The notes below the pieces were generated by a model that was not told where the DNA came from, did not search any database, and saw only the letters and a program-made list of their open reading frames with translations. A DNA stretch of 47,175 bases, filler included, from Streblomastix strix (Eukaryota): the NCBI GenBank assembly GCA_008636045.1. It is 2 parts of 2 records of this genome, joined end to end, with 100 filler letters (N's around TTAATTAATTAA, not from the genome) between each part and the next. Parts side by side here need not be neighbours in the genome. Positions count along the whole stretch, not along the records: positions 23,640 to 47,175 come from SNRW01000274.1; 1 more part is not named here. The stretch is one strand, 5' to 3'. The translations under genes were made by a program, and so were the position numbers. Below are positions 26,601-41,459 of the stretch, one piece after another (the first letter of the stretch is position 1; every line of letters begins with the position of its first letter).

Positions 26601-27789
26601 ATTAATAAATTTGTTATAAATTTAATAGGGAAGAAAACCTTGATCTTCGTATTGTTACATTTAAAGTGTAGCCCATCAGTACAAAACCACCAAGAGGTGT
26701 AAATTAAAATTTATTTATTTTTATTATATTGAAAATTGATATTTTTAGATGAAGTTTTTTTATAATAATTTTTAAAATATTTTTCAATAATAAATAATTT
26801 TTAGGATTAATTGAATTTGTTCCTTCAATGACTATTGATCAAATTAAATTAATAAGTCGTTATTAAAAAAAATTAGAAAAGTTTGATAAATACTGATATA
26901 TGAAAAGTTAAAAATATTATTAATTTCTTTTTTATTTATAATATCAATTTTTCTCTAAATTCAAATATTTTTATATTCAGCTACTACATAGAAAAAGCTC
27001 CTGATCCTTCCACCCGATACAAGTTCAGTCCAGCAGTGATGGAGAATATAGTGAGAAGTATAGCTGGATATTGTGTTATTACATACATTATTGGAGTAGG
27101 AGACAGACATTAGGATAATTTACTCATGACTGAGGATGGTATGTGATTGTGTTAGAGGGAATTATATTGATTCATAAAACTATTTTACTGAATTAATTCT
27201 ATTTTTAATTGTTATTGTTTATTTCATACAGGGAGATTATTTCACGTTGATTTTGCATATTTATTAGGAAAAAATAATAAAATAATGCCATCACCAATGA
27301 AATTGAGTAGTGAAATGGTAGATGTATGATGGATTAATAATGAACAATATTATTTTAATATTTATCTATATTTAATTTAAATAATTATAATTGATTTTTT
27401 TTATATTTATATTATTTTTCAGTTAATGTAAGGGTCAAGTTCTTAATAATACACCTAATTCAAATGTTATTGCATTCAGGTGAACTTTCACTTATTTCTT
27501 TTTTAATATTATGTTTAATTTATTTGCTATAATTTTACAGGCCTTTAGTATTTTGAGGAGAAAAGCCTCTTAATTAGTGCTTACATTATTGAGAATGTTG
27601 AGAAATACTACCATTCCTGATTTAACACAACGCGATGGAATAAAATAAGTATAAATGAAATTTTCACTTGATATTTCTGAGTCAGAAGCAACCAAATTAC
27701 TTATTGATAAAATTAATGAAAGCGAAAAAGCGATTGTCTCTGGAATAGTGGACTCAATTCACAGGTTTAGTCAAAGTGTAAAAAGTTGA
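23642..27789 (+). CDS. VPS34: Class III phosphatidylinositol 3-kinase (Vps34-like), 5'-partial, large insertion in the kinase N-lobe, one internal TGA
   Basis: [11 protein letters not shown]...[14 protein letters not shown] (~24234-24340), [118 protein letters not shown] 27787-27789. Confidence 0.92.
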
Positions 27790-28107
27790 TCTTTAAATAA
27801 ATATTTTTTGTACAATAAATACAAACAATCTATCATCCAATTAATATTAGATAGTAAGTTTAAAGCCAGGAAAAAAAAATTAATAAATTGAGGCTTTTTC
27901 TTGCTACATAGATTTATAATCTGTTGAAAAAATATATATTCAATTTTTTTAGGTTATTACTACTAAATTATATCATTTTCTATCACATTTCTAAATAAAT
28001 TATGCTAATTCTAATATTTTAGTCATTTTAGTCGTTTACTCTCTCTTTCTCTCTTAATAAGTCTCTCCCTATCTTTATTTCTTAATTTATTTTAGTAGTA
28101 TACTGCA

Positions 28108-31100
28108 ATGAGCATTAAAATTCCTGATGTTATCTGTTCTGAATTACCATCGCAAAATGTTTCAATAGAATGTATGTATATTTTGCCATATTTTATTTGA
28201 AATAATTATATAATTTTTTTTTAATAATTTTTTTAAAATATTCTTTAGAAAATGAAAATATTGCAGAGTGTATATTATAATTTCCCGAGCCAATTCTTGT
28301 GAATGGGGTTTATTTTTACTCACAAACAAAATTATTTGAAGACAATTTTAAGAAATGTGAGATTTTTGCAGAGAAAGCTAATGGGGAAATTTCAGTTATT
28401 TAATAGATAAACATTAGTTGTGCTCCATGCAATAGACCCAACTTCATTAATTCATGATCACAAGCTAATACTCCGAGATACGAATCAGATGGAATTCTTT
28501 TTTGCAATTGGCTTGCCATATAATTTTCTTCGATTTGTAAGTCTCTTGCAATTATATTCACTCTTCCAAAAGATATATCAATTGGATCAGTAGCGTAATT
28601 ATAAAGAGAAAACCCAGATGTTTCAATACTCTTTGACAGTTTCAGAGTTATTGGGTTTTCAATTAATAGAATAGTTCCTTCTCAATATTATATTCAACTT
28701 ATATCTCAAGCGTCATTGTTTAATATACAAACACATGGAAATGATAAAATAGATTCACTTTTTTTATCTACACTCTCACTTTAAGCTGGTCGCTTATATT
28801 CACAAACCATTGATACCATTAGAATAATTTAACAATTATTTATTGACTAACTCTAAAACAGAGATAAATAAATAATATCTGCATCTTATAATAATAATAC
28901 TAATAATATTAACTTAATGTCAGTTTATAAGTTTAGAATAGCAGCACTGTTAGAATTATGTGTTACTTCAATAATTTTACAATCTGGAAAGTATAGTTCA
29001 CATGAATGGCAGGTTTCAATGCTTCGCGCAGGTTGGCTTAATTTACATGCTGAATTCTATGAATGGTAAATTGCATAACAAAAAAGAGATCCAGAATCAG
29101 TTCATTAAACAAAAGAATAATTTTTTGTTCCAATTGATCCTCCATCTATTGTTGTATTTGGTTCTCCATATCTTAATCTTTTCTATTATCATCTCCCAAA
29201 ACCTACATTACCAGGGATCTATTTCAGAAATTATGATTAAATTGATTTTAATGAAGAAAATCACTCAAATTAAAATAAATCAATAAATGATGATATTGAT
29301 TCATAATCTTTTATTCCTCTCTTTTCTCCATACATTATTTCACTCACACGTCTAATCAATCATGGATTAATATGTTCATCTGGTCTTTTGAGGTATCATT
29401 CAGTGAGAACATCATCAGCACTTCTGGAGATTATGTGTGATGCTGCTTAATCTGACTCTGGAATTGAATGCTTTGGTGGAATTGAAGGAAATAGTCCATC
29501 TTTATTTGATCTTGCAATATATTTGGCATTTGGTGTGTTTAAGTCTTGCATATCTGTTGGGCGACTCTGTTTATAGTATTAAGTATAAAGTAACGTTTTT
29601 TCAAGAATTGGATTTGGATCTTTGGTTTAAAGAGTTTAATATTTGAGAGAATCATCAACAAGAATTGATGTAGAGAAAGTTTCATTACCTTTCTTACTAC
29701 TTCAAGCACTCCCTGCAACTGTTCTCAATGTTGAAGATATTAACTCATAATCAAGAAGAATGATAAACATGCAATTATCTCCAACAGAAGTTCACACTTA
29801 ATCAAAATAACTTCCATCATCATCACCATTCTTCTTCTTCTATCCTTCACTTATATCTGGATACTACAGATTATATATTCATAGGAACTATGTTGCTCTT
29901 TATACATTAATCAGTCCACGACCTCCTCCAAATGCTGCTTCTGAATTCTTTGAAGCTCAATGAAGGACTCAATAAATTATTTAACAGAAGAAATATAATG
30001 TATTAACTTCATACTATTATTCCATGTTCCCTCTTACTACACTCATTAGAATATATGTTGAAAGAGTAATACCATTTATTTAAGAGGAATTAGATAGACA
30101 TAACCTTTACTTGTCATTTGGGAGTGTATATTATAAATGTTATTATCAGCACCATAAAATGTGTATGTAAGGGAAATAAATAGTACTTCTCAGAGAATCG
30201 TAGAAATAAATATAGAAAGTTGAAGATAAGTAGAATGATAAAGGAAGTAGCATATCATTGAAGAGTGATGAAGGAAGATTAATCCAAATCCACAATCCTT
30301 GATACATTACTAAATTAGAACCACTTGTATCACCACGATTGGATTAATCAGATAATTGTGATGAATTATCTCAAACATCTCATTCACCTCATCGTAACTA
30401 TCAATAATAACAATATTCATATCAACTCACATATTCATCTTCAATTAGTTCCAGATCTTCATCTGATTCTGGAAGTTCAATAAACAATTCAAACATGTCA
30501 ACGCCTTCAGCTTCAGCACTTGATATTGGTACTCCACACTTTGGGTTTCAAGAACCTGGACTTCAGAATATGGCCATAACAGCTGCTGCAAATATTCTGA
30601 ATCTTGGATCCTTATTACCAACTATTATTATTCAGCGAATCAATTAAATAACTTTATTACAATTTCATAGAAAGAGCAACAATTATCTATCTCTATAATT
30701 CGCTTTACATCTATTTGCTTTGATAAACCCAACTGCAAAAAGGTCCGAATAAATTCTTTAAAAATTATTAAAATAATAAGAATTTGGCAATGAAAAAATA
30801 GATAAATAAACTAAATCAGATATTAATGATTAAAAAAATGTAAATTCAGACATTTCATCCATCTCAGAATCAGATAAAGTTTCTTCCTTAATAAATGTAT
30901 AAGAGCATTTGGAAGAGAACAACAATCAATGTCCATGTAAAATTATGTTGTAAAGTGCTTGGGAGGAAGCACCTTTATGATTTGTGGAGTTGAAATAGCC
31001 AATATTCTTTGCTATTCCTTCATACAATAGAAGGGACCAATCAACAATTGGAAATAGATTTGAAACACTGAACCCATTTAAGAGAGCAAAACAATAACGA

Positions 31101-34100
31101 TCATAATCAAAACCAAATAGAATTGAATTTCGAATAGCAACATACTCTCTTATACCTGAGACAAGCATACCTCGATACATTCACAATCTATTTTCAAAGA
31201 TTGAGGAGAATCGAATGATTGTAAGGGATAAAAGATCAATTAGATTATTGTTGAAGAATTTGAAATCACTTCGAAATAAGTTCAGAGAAACGACCACAAG
31301 TATTGATGCCAATGATGAGATGATATTCCATGATTTTGAACCCAACACATAAACATCAAATTAATTGGAGAATGGATGGATACAAGATCCTGAAGAAGAA
31401 GATGAATTCAAAGATGAAGACCTTGGAGATGAAGATGATGATGATGTCATTATAGAAAGAGAGATAGCCCGTGGTCTCCTCGTATAGGAGATAAAGAAGG
31501 ATGAACATTAGGCAGCAAAAGAAGCTGAGAGACTCAGACAGTAACTTTGGAGGGAGAGAGAAAAAGAAAGAGAAAGAGAAGGTGGGTTTGGAGGATGGGG
31601 TGACATTCAGATTAAGCAGAAGAGGGGGAATAAGAAGAAGAATTAATAAAGTAGGAGACATAATCTGAAATCTAATTTCTATAGATTAGATAAATTGACT
31701 AAGATTAAGATTCCGAGTTCATATGATAGAAACCATCAATACGAGTAGAAATCAATTGGGTAAGAAGTGAGTGTGAGATTAAAACAGAAACTTCAGCAAT
31801 AGAACTTTTCAGCATCATTTAAGGATGATCATAGAAACTAAATTGTATTGAAGAATAGAAATGATAATTTGGGTAATTAATTCTTAATTCAATCAAATAA
31901 TTATAACCGACAAGATCAAACGCAGTATTTTAACTCTGATAATAACAGCATTGGTCTTTATTCTAGTGACAACAATTCTATTATCAGAAGTGAAGTTTTT
32001 GAAAGAGAAAACGATTAAGTAAACCCATTGAAAGTTATTCCTCTCATATCACTTGAACTCACCAAATCACAAGTTCAGGAAATCCTTCCAACATTGAAAG
32101 AGAGAAGAATTAATGACTCTCCATTCATTTCGTCTATTCCAACATTTATTCTTTCAAATTCTATTCTCATGTTCACCAACATGGTTCCACTCTTTGCATT
32201 GAAAGAACCTGAATCTGCTTCTTAAATTACTCCCACTTCAAGAAGATTGAATTTGAGAGACTAGAATGAAAAGGATAATAATAATAATGGAAAGGAAACA
32301 ATCAATCAATCACAATCAACAACTGGAAGTCCCTGGATGCCACCAAATGAAAAAACAAAACTTTTAGAATTGGCTTTGTATAGAATAGCGGATTCTTTAA
32401 TGATACGTTTGGAGTTGTATTTGAATGAAGAAGGAAGTCATAAGTCCAGATAACACCCATTTAATTATAGACAAAATGATCCATAGATAAGAGAATAATA
32501 ATCAAGATCATGGGTTTATAAAAAAGCCTATTAATTGTTTAGAAGATGGAAAAATCAGCTTGAAAATGCAGAATTAGAAAATTCAACACCAAATTCAAAC
32601 AAATCTCCCAATACTTCTTAAAGTTAAAATGCACAGTATACTTCTGATTCATTAAGATTGCGATAAAATAAATCAAATCTTTATTCCCACCCACTCACAT
32701 AAGGTACAGCTGCATAAGAATAACATCCTGATTAATAGGAAAAAGATTCAGATTAGATATTGAATACACAGGATAATCAATAAAGAAAATCAGAAAGCAA
32801 CATAACTTATCACAAATAAGCATCTTAATTACGCTAAAATAGATCCACACAATCCGGATCTGAGAAGCTCATACAACAGAGTATTAATTAATCTCTTCAA
32901 CCACTTCATGATACTTTGAACATTCAGACATAATCATTTGATAAAAATTAATTTACTCCAATTATATCTCCAAAAAGAAATTTGAATGACAATTCTTAGT
33001 TTAAATAACAGCTTTCACAATAAATACACAAATAAGACGAATATTTGAAAGGGAAATATGTAAGAGATAATTATATGAAAAGCGAAGATATGCAATCAGT
33101 AACCAATATGAGCAATGTTGTTGGTAAAACAAGCACAGTTAATGAATTTGGAGGAATAAGCATCAATGCATCTTCACCACAATATAATTCATTCATGGAT
33201 ATGATTATGATTAGAATTGTGCATACTTTGATTCCTAACTTATGGCATGGTGAATAAATTAAGAAGCAAATAAGGATAGAAAAGATAAAATAAAAAGAAA
33301 CTGGATAAAATATGGATAATTAAGATGTAAAGTATCAAAAAGGAATAAATAGTAAAGTATTAGATAATAATGTTCATTTAACACCAAGAGCAATTAATTC
33401 AATATTAATGCTAATAGATATTCTTTCTTTGATAATTCGAGAAGAAGAGATTATAAATAGTCAAATGGACCAATTCTAATAACAGAAGATTAATAAAAGG
33501 AAAAGAATTGGCTCATTTGATACACTTACAAGCAAGAATCATATTCTCACTATTTCTCAGAATAAAATAGACTCATTTTCTTCATCAACGTCTGTTAATG
33601 TTCACACATCACCCCATAGAACATCAACAAGTCCAAGAGATCTTATATCCTATAATTCTCCATCTCCAAGTCATTCTCCAAGAGTATCATCTTTTTTATC
33701 AGATTCACTTTCAGATTCATCACATTCAAATACAAGTTATGCTGATTTTAGTCGTTAAACCTACTCTTAATTAAGTTATGCCATACCTGCATAGCTTCTT
33801 AAGCACATGCATCTCCTACTTACTCTATCTCCTCTTCTACATCCATCTCTCTCTCTTCGTATTCTACGTCTTGTATGTCTCCCATCAACTGCACTATTAT
33901 ATAGATAAATATTGGGGGTATTTGAGAATGAAGATTAAAAAGATAATAAAGAAACTATTAAGGAAGATAAGGAGATGAAGCACGATTAGATTAATCTCAC
34001 AAATTAAGAGTCTGATTACATGTTCCCAACTCTTATTATATAATTAGCTGCAAACACATTAACGAAGGTTGTAGATAAATAGAGGAATGAAAGAGCTTCT

Positions 34101-37100
34101 TTAGTTTATAAGGAGATAAAAGTGGATTAAAAAACTAAAAAAGATGAAAATGAAGAAGAAAATGAAGATTGGATGATAAAAAAGAATGATGACCAATAAG
34201 AAACTAACATCCCATTATTTATTGATCTTATAGATGAAGCTCTCAATAACAATGAAAATGTCTGGGAAATGGAAGTTAGTAAAATGTCGGAGGATAAAAT
34301 TTAGTCATTTCATAAAAAAACGGAACATATAAGGTAAGAGATATTTCAAAAGCATGTAACTAAAAAGAAAACAAAATATTAGAAATAGTAATTAAAACGA
34401 TCCAAATCATTTGACGGTAAATTAAGATAAGAATTAAATGAAGATAACGATTTTAAAGAGAATTATGAAAAATGGGGAGATAATAACACGCACTTGAATA
34501 TGAACTAATGTCTATTAAGATGCAGATTGTATTATGAATAGTGCCTTAAACCAAAAAAATTACTTTCTCAATTTTTTAGAGTTATTTGGCCTTTGATTGA
34601 ATCAGTGCAGAGGATCGCCGAACTACTTCCACATTCCTTTGCAAATTAATACTCAGGAAAGAGTATCAATGCAAAGGGAAATGTGCCTAATTAGAATATG
34701 ATACCTCCTTCTTTGAAGAATTGTATTGATACGAAATTAGAACAATAATATAGTTTCCAGATTCCAATTATTTCTGCCATTAGATATGTTTGTGCTGTTC
34801 TATGTTTCATTGGAGATTTGATACCACCTTACATTCTAACTCTGCTAATGAACTCTCTTATGTACAGACAGATGCAGATGACAGCTACATTTGTAGCAGC
34901 AAAGACAGCAAGCGAGGCTGAAACTGAAGATAAACCACTTCCAACACTTCAGTCACTTGATCCAATTAATTAGAAGTAGGATGAAGGTTAAGGGACAGAT
35001 ACTGATAAATCTGGAGATAAAAGAACAGACATTGCAAATCCAGTTAAATAACAGAAATAAGGATTTTATTTATATTCATAAGAAGCATCAGATCAATTGT
35101 AAACAGCTGTCAATACTTTGGTTGTTATTCTTTCTAAAATTATTGCAAAAGATAAATCCAGAAGATGGTCTTAAAGACAAATAGAAAGAGATATTACAAC
35201 TTAAGATGATCTTCCTGTGAGATTCAGATACATTCTTTCTGTTTTCCTTCCATATCCAAAACCATCTGATATCCACCTTTCATAAATATAATCATCCACA
35301 TCTAAATCTTCATTATTATCTGCTTCTACATAGACTACAACAGTTTCATCTTCATCAATATATGAATACCAACCAAATACTTAAATTAATGAATCTATAC
35401 TTACACTCCTTAAACTATCATATCCTCTGAAAGAATAAAACTACTCTTTTAATTCTTTTACTTTCTTCCTCTACACTGAAGCAAATATTTTCTGCATAAA
35501 ATTTGTGCTCAGAAATATTCTTGCAAAATAAAGAAAAATAATTTGGCTTGAATTCCCTTTGAATCAACCAGACCAACAGACAACTACCAGAAAACAAGAA
35601 TAAAATTCATTATAGAGAAATATTGCTTTAATTTTTTTAAATTTAGTCAAAAATTGTAGAATTGAAAGAGATAATCCAAATAATAAATTGAATAATTATC
35701 CAAATCAAGAGAAAAGCGACAGTTTGAGTGACAATTCCTCCAATTCTTCAGATGTGGATATAATCACTGCAAAATAATAAGATAACGGAGAATTGACTTA
35801 AGATATCAATTAAAATGATTTGAATATTTTAGAAGTTCTGTCAATTGAGAATTACACAAATCATTTATCAAATCTTTCTTTATTTATTGACAGATTGCTT
35901 GATTTTTTTGTCAAGAAAAACTCTTCTCTTTTTTCAACATAAATTTCTTCTTTTCGTCATTCAGTGGAATTTTCTATAATAATTGAGTTCCCTTCCTTAG
36001 CTCTTCGAGAATAGATTATTAATTTGCTTATTGATTCAACTCGAATTGTGATTATTGAGCTTCTAATGAATCCAAGTTAATGCATTGCAGTTCATAGATA
36101 TGTTTCTACCTTATTTGTTATATGTAGATGCTTGAATACATTATGTTATTTCAGCTCAGTTCCTGTTCCAACATCCAATGTAACAAACCTTTCTCAAGAA
36201 AAAAAGATAGATCATGATATATATTCTGGATATATATGTGAACATTATGAGTGGATTCCAACACCATTAACTGATTCTATTGTATCTTTCTCTACAAACA
36301 TTCTGACTTTGCTTCTTAATTTTGCCTTAAATGATATATTTCCTTTGCGAAAGGATGAAAAAGAACCATTTCTTAATTTATTTGCATCATCCATAATTCA
36401 CATATGCACTTTTCATTGTATTCAATCACAGAGTAACAGTGTTTAGTCAAGACTTGTGTAATTCAGGATAAATATTCTTATCAACATTCTTATTTCAGCA
36501 GGAAACAGAGTTGCTAATAAATTTAGGAATAAAAAATAAAAAAAGAAAGAGAAATATCATTGGGTTATTTATGATAAAATTATCTTTTATGTTTTATAAA
36601 ATTTCCAGAACAATAAACTTTCATTATAATATAGAATTATCGAATCTTTGGAAATTCTTCAGAAAATTGATTAAGAAAATATGATTATTTGTTTGAAGGA
36701 AGAAGAGAAGAGCTCATTGGAAGGAATATAATAAAATATTAAAGAAGATTCTGAAGGGTATCGATGTTAATATATGTTAAATGAAATATTAAATTAGGTT
36801 AATGATCTTCTTCCTCATTTAAATAATGCATATTTAGTTAATTAAGCTGCTACAATGAAGAAAATGATTGAATTTCTACTTTATAAAGGAAGATAATCAA
36901 AGGTTAAGAAACATTATTACAATCATATAAATAATCAGGAATTTGTTTATATAAATTCAAATAATACAATTTATAATTTATATTCTTATAAACAAATTCC
37001 CTTTTTCTCTTCATTATCAGCTAATATTCGTGCATCTCCATATGCATTCTCACTTCTTTCTACTCCATTAACACCGCAAACATCATTAATAGTCGATGCT

Positions 37101-40100
37101 GAATTGCTTAAAGTTAATTAATAGGGTAATTCAACACCAGCAATTTCATAGAAACAAAACTAATCATTAATAGGAGGAGAATAAAACTTGAATTAGAAAG
37201 TTTACTAACATTCGCAATAAGATTAAAATTAATCGAACCTCAAAACAACATCCATTAGTTCAGATGATTCACCTAATATTAATTCATAAGACCATTTAGA
37301 GGATGACGAAGATATTTACTAAGATGAAAATGATGATAAATCTCAAATTAACTTCAATCTTCGAGATGAAATATAATAAGAAACTGATCAACACATCTAT
37401 ATTGGAGTATTTAGACCATTACATTCTCTTAAAAATAACTTTTATTAGAAAAAAGAAGATGAATAATGTCCAAATAACAGTATTAAAGTCCAAACCAAAG
37501 ATGAAATGCTTATTCAAATTCTAAGATAGAATGAAGGGAAGATTGAAAAGTTACAAATTAATTATTTCAGCAGACACCCACTCATCTTAGTTGATAAGAA
37601 AGCACAACCGTCAGCAAATTATAGCATTGCAAAAGACTAATCATTTATAACATAGCAATGGAAATACCTTCCACTTGTCTCATTCTTGTCACTTCAACCA
37701 AGTCTTAAAGATCCTTTTGATCGACTTTTTAATTCACACATAACTTACAATATGACATAAAGACTTAAATCAGGAATTGCTAAATATTTATCCAGAGATT
37801 AATCAATGATTTCTCCTCTTCTTTCACAAACCTTCACTTCATTCTTCTTTGATCCTGAATTAACAAGTGGGAATATAACAAAGAATGAATATATCACAAA
37901 AGATGGATTTGAAAGGAAGAAGATTCAAATGTAAACAAGCAGATACAGAAGTGGGTTTAATTTCTCTCTTATAGCAAATTCATTTCGAGCTTAATTTATT
38001 CCTCCTTCTCCAATGGTTACCAGATTTAGACCTTCTGGAACATAATAATTCACAAGTTCAGAACAATTAGATGCAATTGATAGGGGATTCCAACCAAAGA
38101 GTTAAGTAGAAAGAATAGCAGATTCAAATGAAAAATTAAATGAATAAGGCAAAATTGCATTAAGCAAATATACGAGGAATTCATCTCCTCTTTCATCATC
38201 ATATGTACCACCAATACAAACATATTAATTAGTTGAGCCAACAAATAAAGACAAAAACTAATTATAAATTAATGAGTCTAATATTAATGATAAAAGAAGG
38301 CAAGGAAGATCTCAATCTATTGGATCTGGATAAGATGACAGTGAAGGAGCAGCAATCAGGGCATTAGCTCTATTTAATATGCAACAGGAGAAGGAATAGA
38401 AACAAATGAAGATGGAGGATAAAGAAGAGATTGAAAATGATGCATAATAATATGATGATGAAAAAGCAATGAGAATAATTGGAGAAAAGTTGAAAAGAGG
38501 GAAATAAAATATGTTTAAAGATGAAATAGCAAAAACACTTCTGCATTAAAATGAAATTTCAGCCGTTTTGGATACTGATCCTTTTATTAATTCACCACTT
38601 GCACCTCCTAATGTGAATTCTAACTTCAAATAGATCAATGATAAGAATAGAACATATCTGCTTCCTTCAGGTTAAAATGATTTTAATGAAAAGAAGAATA
38701 TTTTTATGAATATTTTGTTGGGTGATGATGAAGATGATCATAACAAGGATAATAACACAAATAATCCTCAATCTTTCTAACCTCAAAATAAATAAAGCAC
38801 AATTAGAATGAATAAAGATAGTATAGATGAAGTAATTTAGTCAGCAATTCTTCTTTTAGGAATAATTGGATTTAATTTGTCTATAAAATCATCTCAATAA
38901 TAAAATTAGAGTAAATAAACATAAGATTCATTTGAGGATCTAGATGATGAATAAGTTTTTAGACCTCCTTATTCAACATAAAGAATTATTCCACTTCCAT
39001 TTACTCCATTTTATGTTGATATGAATTAATAGATCACAAATGAAGTAGCTTTCTAAGGATCTTTATTTTCACAACATGTCATTGATACTATTATATATTA
39101 ATGGATACAAATTGAATAACAGAAGCACTATAAAGACAGATTTGATGCGCCAGAAGGAATATATCTTCCAATTACTGACAGAAAAAGAGAATTTGATTAA
39201 CTTTGGACCGTATCTAGCATTGCTGAAGAAGAATAAACACAGGAAGAAAATATTTTGAAAGAAGAGTAGTAGAAATAGAATTATCATAGAAATGAGAATT
39301 ATAATGTAATAGATAAATAAATTACGCCCAAATAATAATAAAAATAATAATAAACAGAACCAAAAGATATATCTGAAAATTCATTCAATATTCATGACCT
39401 ATCTCCCCATGATTCGTTATCAAAAAGAGCAGAAAGTGTTTAATCATCAATTTAGAGCTCATTAAATCTTTTTCATTATAGCAAATTTCCTTTGGGCTTC
39501 TTTTTATAAGGATCATCAGTAGGACTAAGATAGCTCTATGATTGGGGCACTTCTTTCTCATCTCCAAGATGCTTTGATTTGGCTCTTCTGGATCAGATGG
39601 CTTCTGTTGTATGCAGTGAACCTCACATTGAATTTCGCTTTACTGAAGGAAATACTGAGGAATTGGAGATGGAATTTGGAGATGTGGACAAATTGAGTGC
39701 AAAAGAAGCAGAGAATAGGATAGCTGAAATCTAAAAGCAAATTGATCTTCTAAGAATAAAAGTGAAAATATACAAATCAAGAAAAGACTAAAGAAGTTAA
39801 TAAAAATTGGACATCTAAATCCCATTTTCTGATTACGATAATTAAAATCCATTTAGTCCATAAACAAGATCACCTGTATCTGAGAAATACGGATCATTAA
39901 TGCAATATAATTCTAGTAATTATAATAGACGAACAATGGATATTCCTTTGTAATATTAAAATTAGCATGAGTAGTACATAGAAGAAGAGGAATATGGATT
40001 ATTTGCTGAACCTTAAGATCCATTTTCTTAAGGAGATAATTCTGCATCTCCAAAGCCAGATAACATTTTATATGAAAGATAGAGAATGGCTTCTGTTGAA

Positions 40101-41459
40101 GTTGTCAGATCAACCAGAACTAATCTGAATGATTAGTTTTACAAAGATTATAGCAATAAAAATGAGATCAATTAATCATCTCTAAATTTCATTGATGAAT
40201 CTAATGAAAATTAAAATGAATAATAATAAAGCAACTCATAATACTAACATCAGAATAACTATAATTTACTCTAATTGTAATCTGAATCATATTCAACTCT
40301 TTCTTCATTACCACAAACTTCATTCACACATATCTCATAATCTTCTTCTTAATTACCATATCAAAGATAAACATCTGGATTAGTTAGAGAAGCATCAAAG
40401 AAATCATCAATGTTATATAACAAATCTTTTGGGGAAGCAATTCAAGAAGATTACTTGCCCGAAGATAAAGATGAAATTATTAAGTCTTAATTAGAACCAA
40501 TTTAAGATTTAAATAATGAATTTGACCCATTTACCTCGCCGAAATTGAATAATTAAGATTAAAACAAGAATTCTGATTAAAAGTTGAATCAATATTTTTT
40601 CCCTTCATATTCAAATGATAATAAATAACTTGAATCTGATGAAACATCCAGATAAGAATAATAAACGCCTACAAGAATTTAACCATAAGATCCAGATTCT
40701 AATACTTAATCTCCTATTAAAATATCACCTAATAAATCTGAATAGGAAAATGGTTTCCTTTAATCAAATGCAAATATAGTATTATAAAAATATGATAGAG
40801 AAACATTGCCAAAATTTCGAAATATTCCACCATTGGTTCTTAATCAAGCAAACACAGCTAATATTCACTTCAGAAATAACTCATATGATGTGAGGAGGAC
40901 AATTAAAGATTTAAATTAACTTGAATTAGATAAAACTTAGCCAAAATTAGATGAATAAAAGAAAGTCCAGAAAACTCCACGTTAACATATTCATCACCAC
41001 AATAAGAGAAAGAGCATGATTCTACCCAGAAGCTCATCAAGGGACCAAGATAACTAATAAGGTGAATCACAATATGCAGATAGATATGCAGACATTGACA
41101 AAGTGATTGATGAATATATTGAGATGAAGAACACAATTGGAGAATAATCAAATATTTATGTAAGAGGTGCATAGTCAAGTAGATAAAGAAAGAGAAGGAA
41201 TTAAGGAAGGGATGATAATGGGATGAATAAGAGAAGCTAACAAAGATCTCATAGCAAATCTCCATTGTAAATTCACAGCCAATTACACTCAAAACAAAAC
41301 GAAGATAAGAAAAAATAATATAAAAAAGATTCTAGTAGTGAAGGTGATGAATTGGATATCAGCGAAGAAAGGAGACTCGAGAAGCGTGCGTTGAAAATTA
41401 GTCGAATGATGAAGAGACTGGAGCAGAAAGATGAAGATTTTATAGGGAAGAAGAAATGA
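28108..41459 (+). CDS. Giant hypothetical protein (~4,424 aa), two exons, four internal TGA codons
   Basis: ATG 28108, intron 28172-28248 (splits a TAA=Gln codon), then one 13.2-kb exon read codon by codon in a single frame with no frameshift. Track ORFs 32028, 33045 and 36132 are in this frame. Internal TGA at 28455, 29961, 30300, 30978. Terminal TGA 41457-41459 is followed by non-coding-like AT-rich DNA. Confidence 0.8.
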
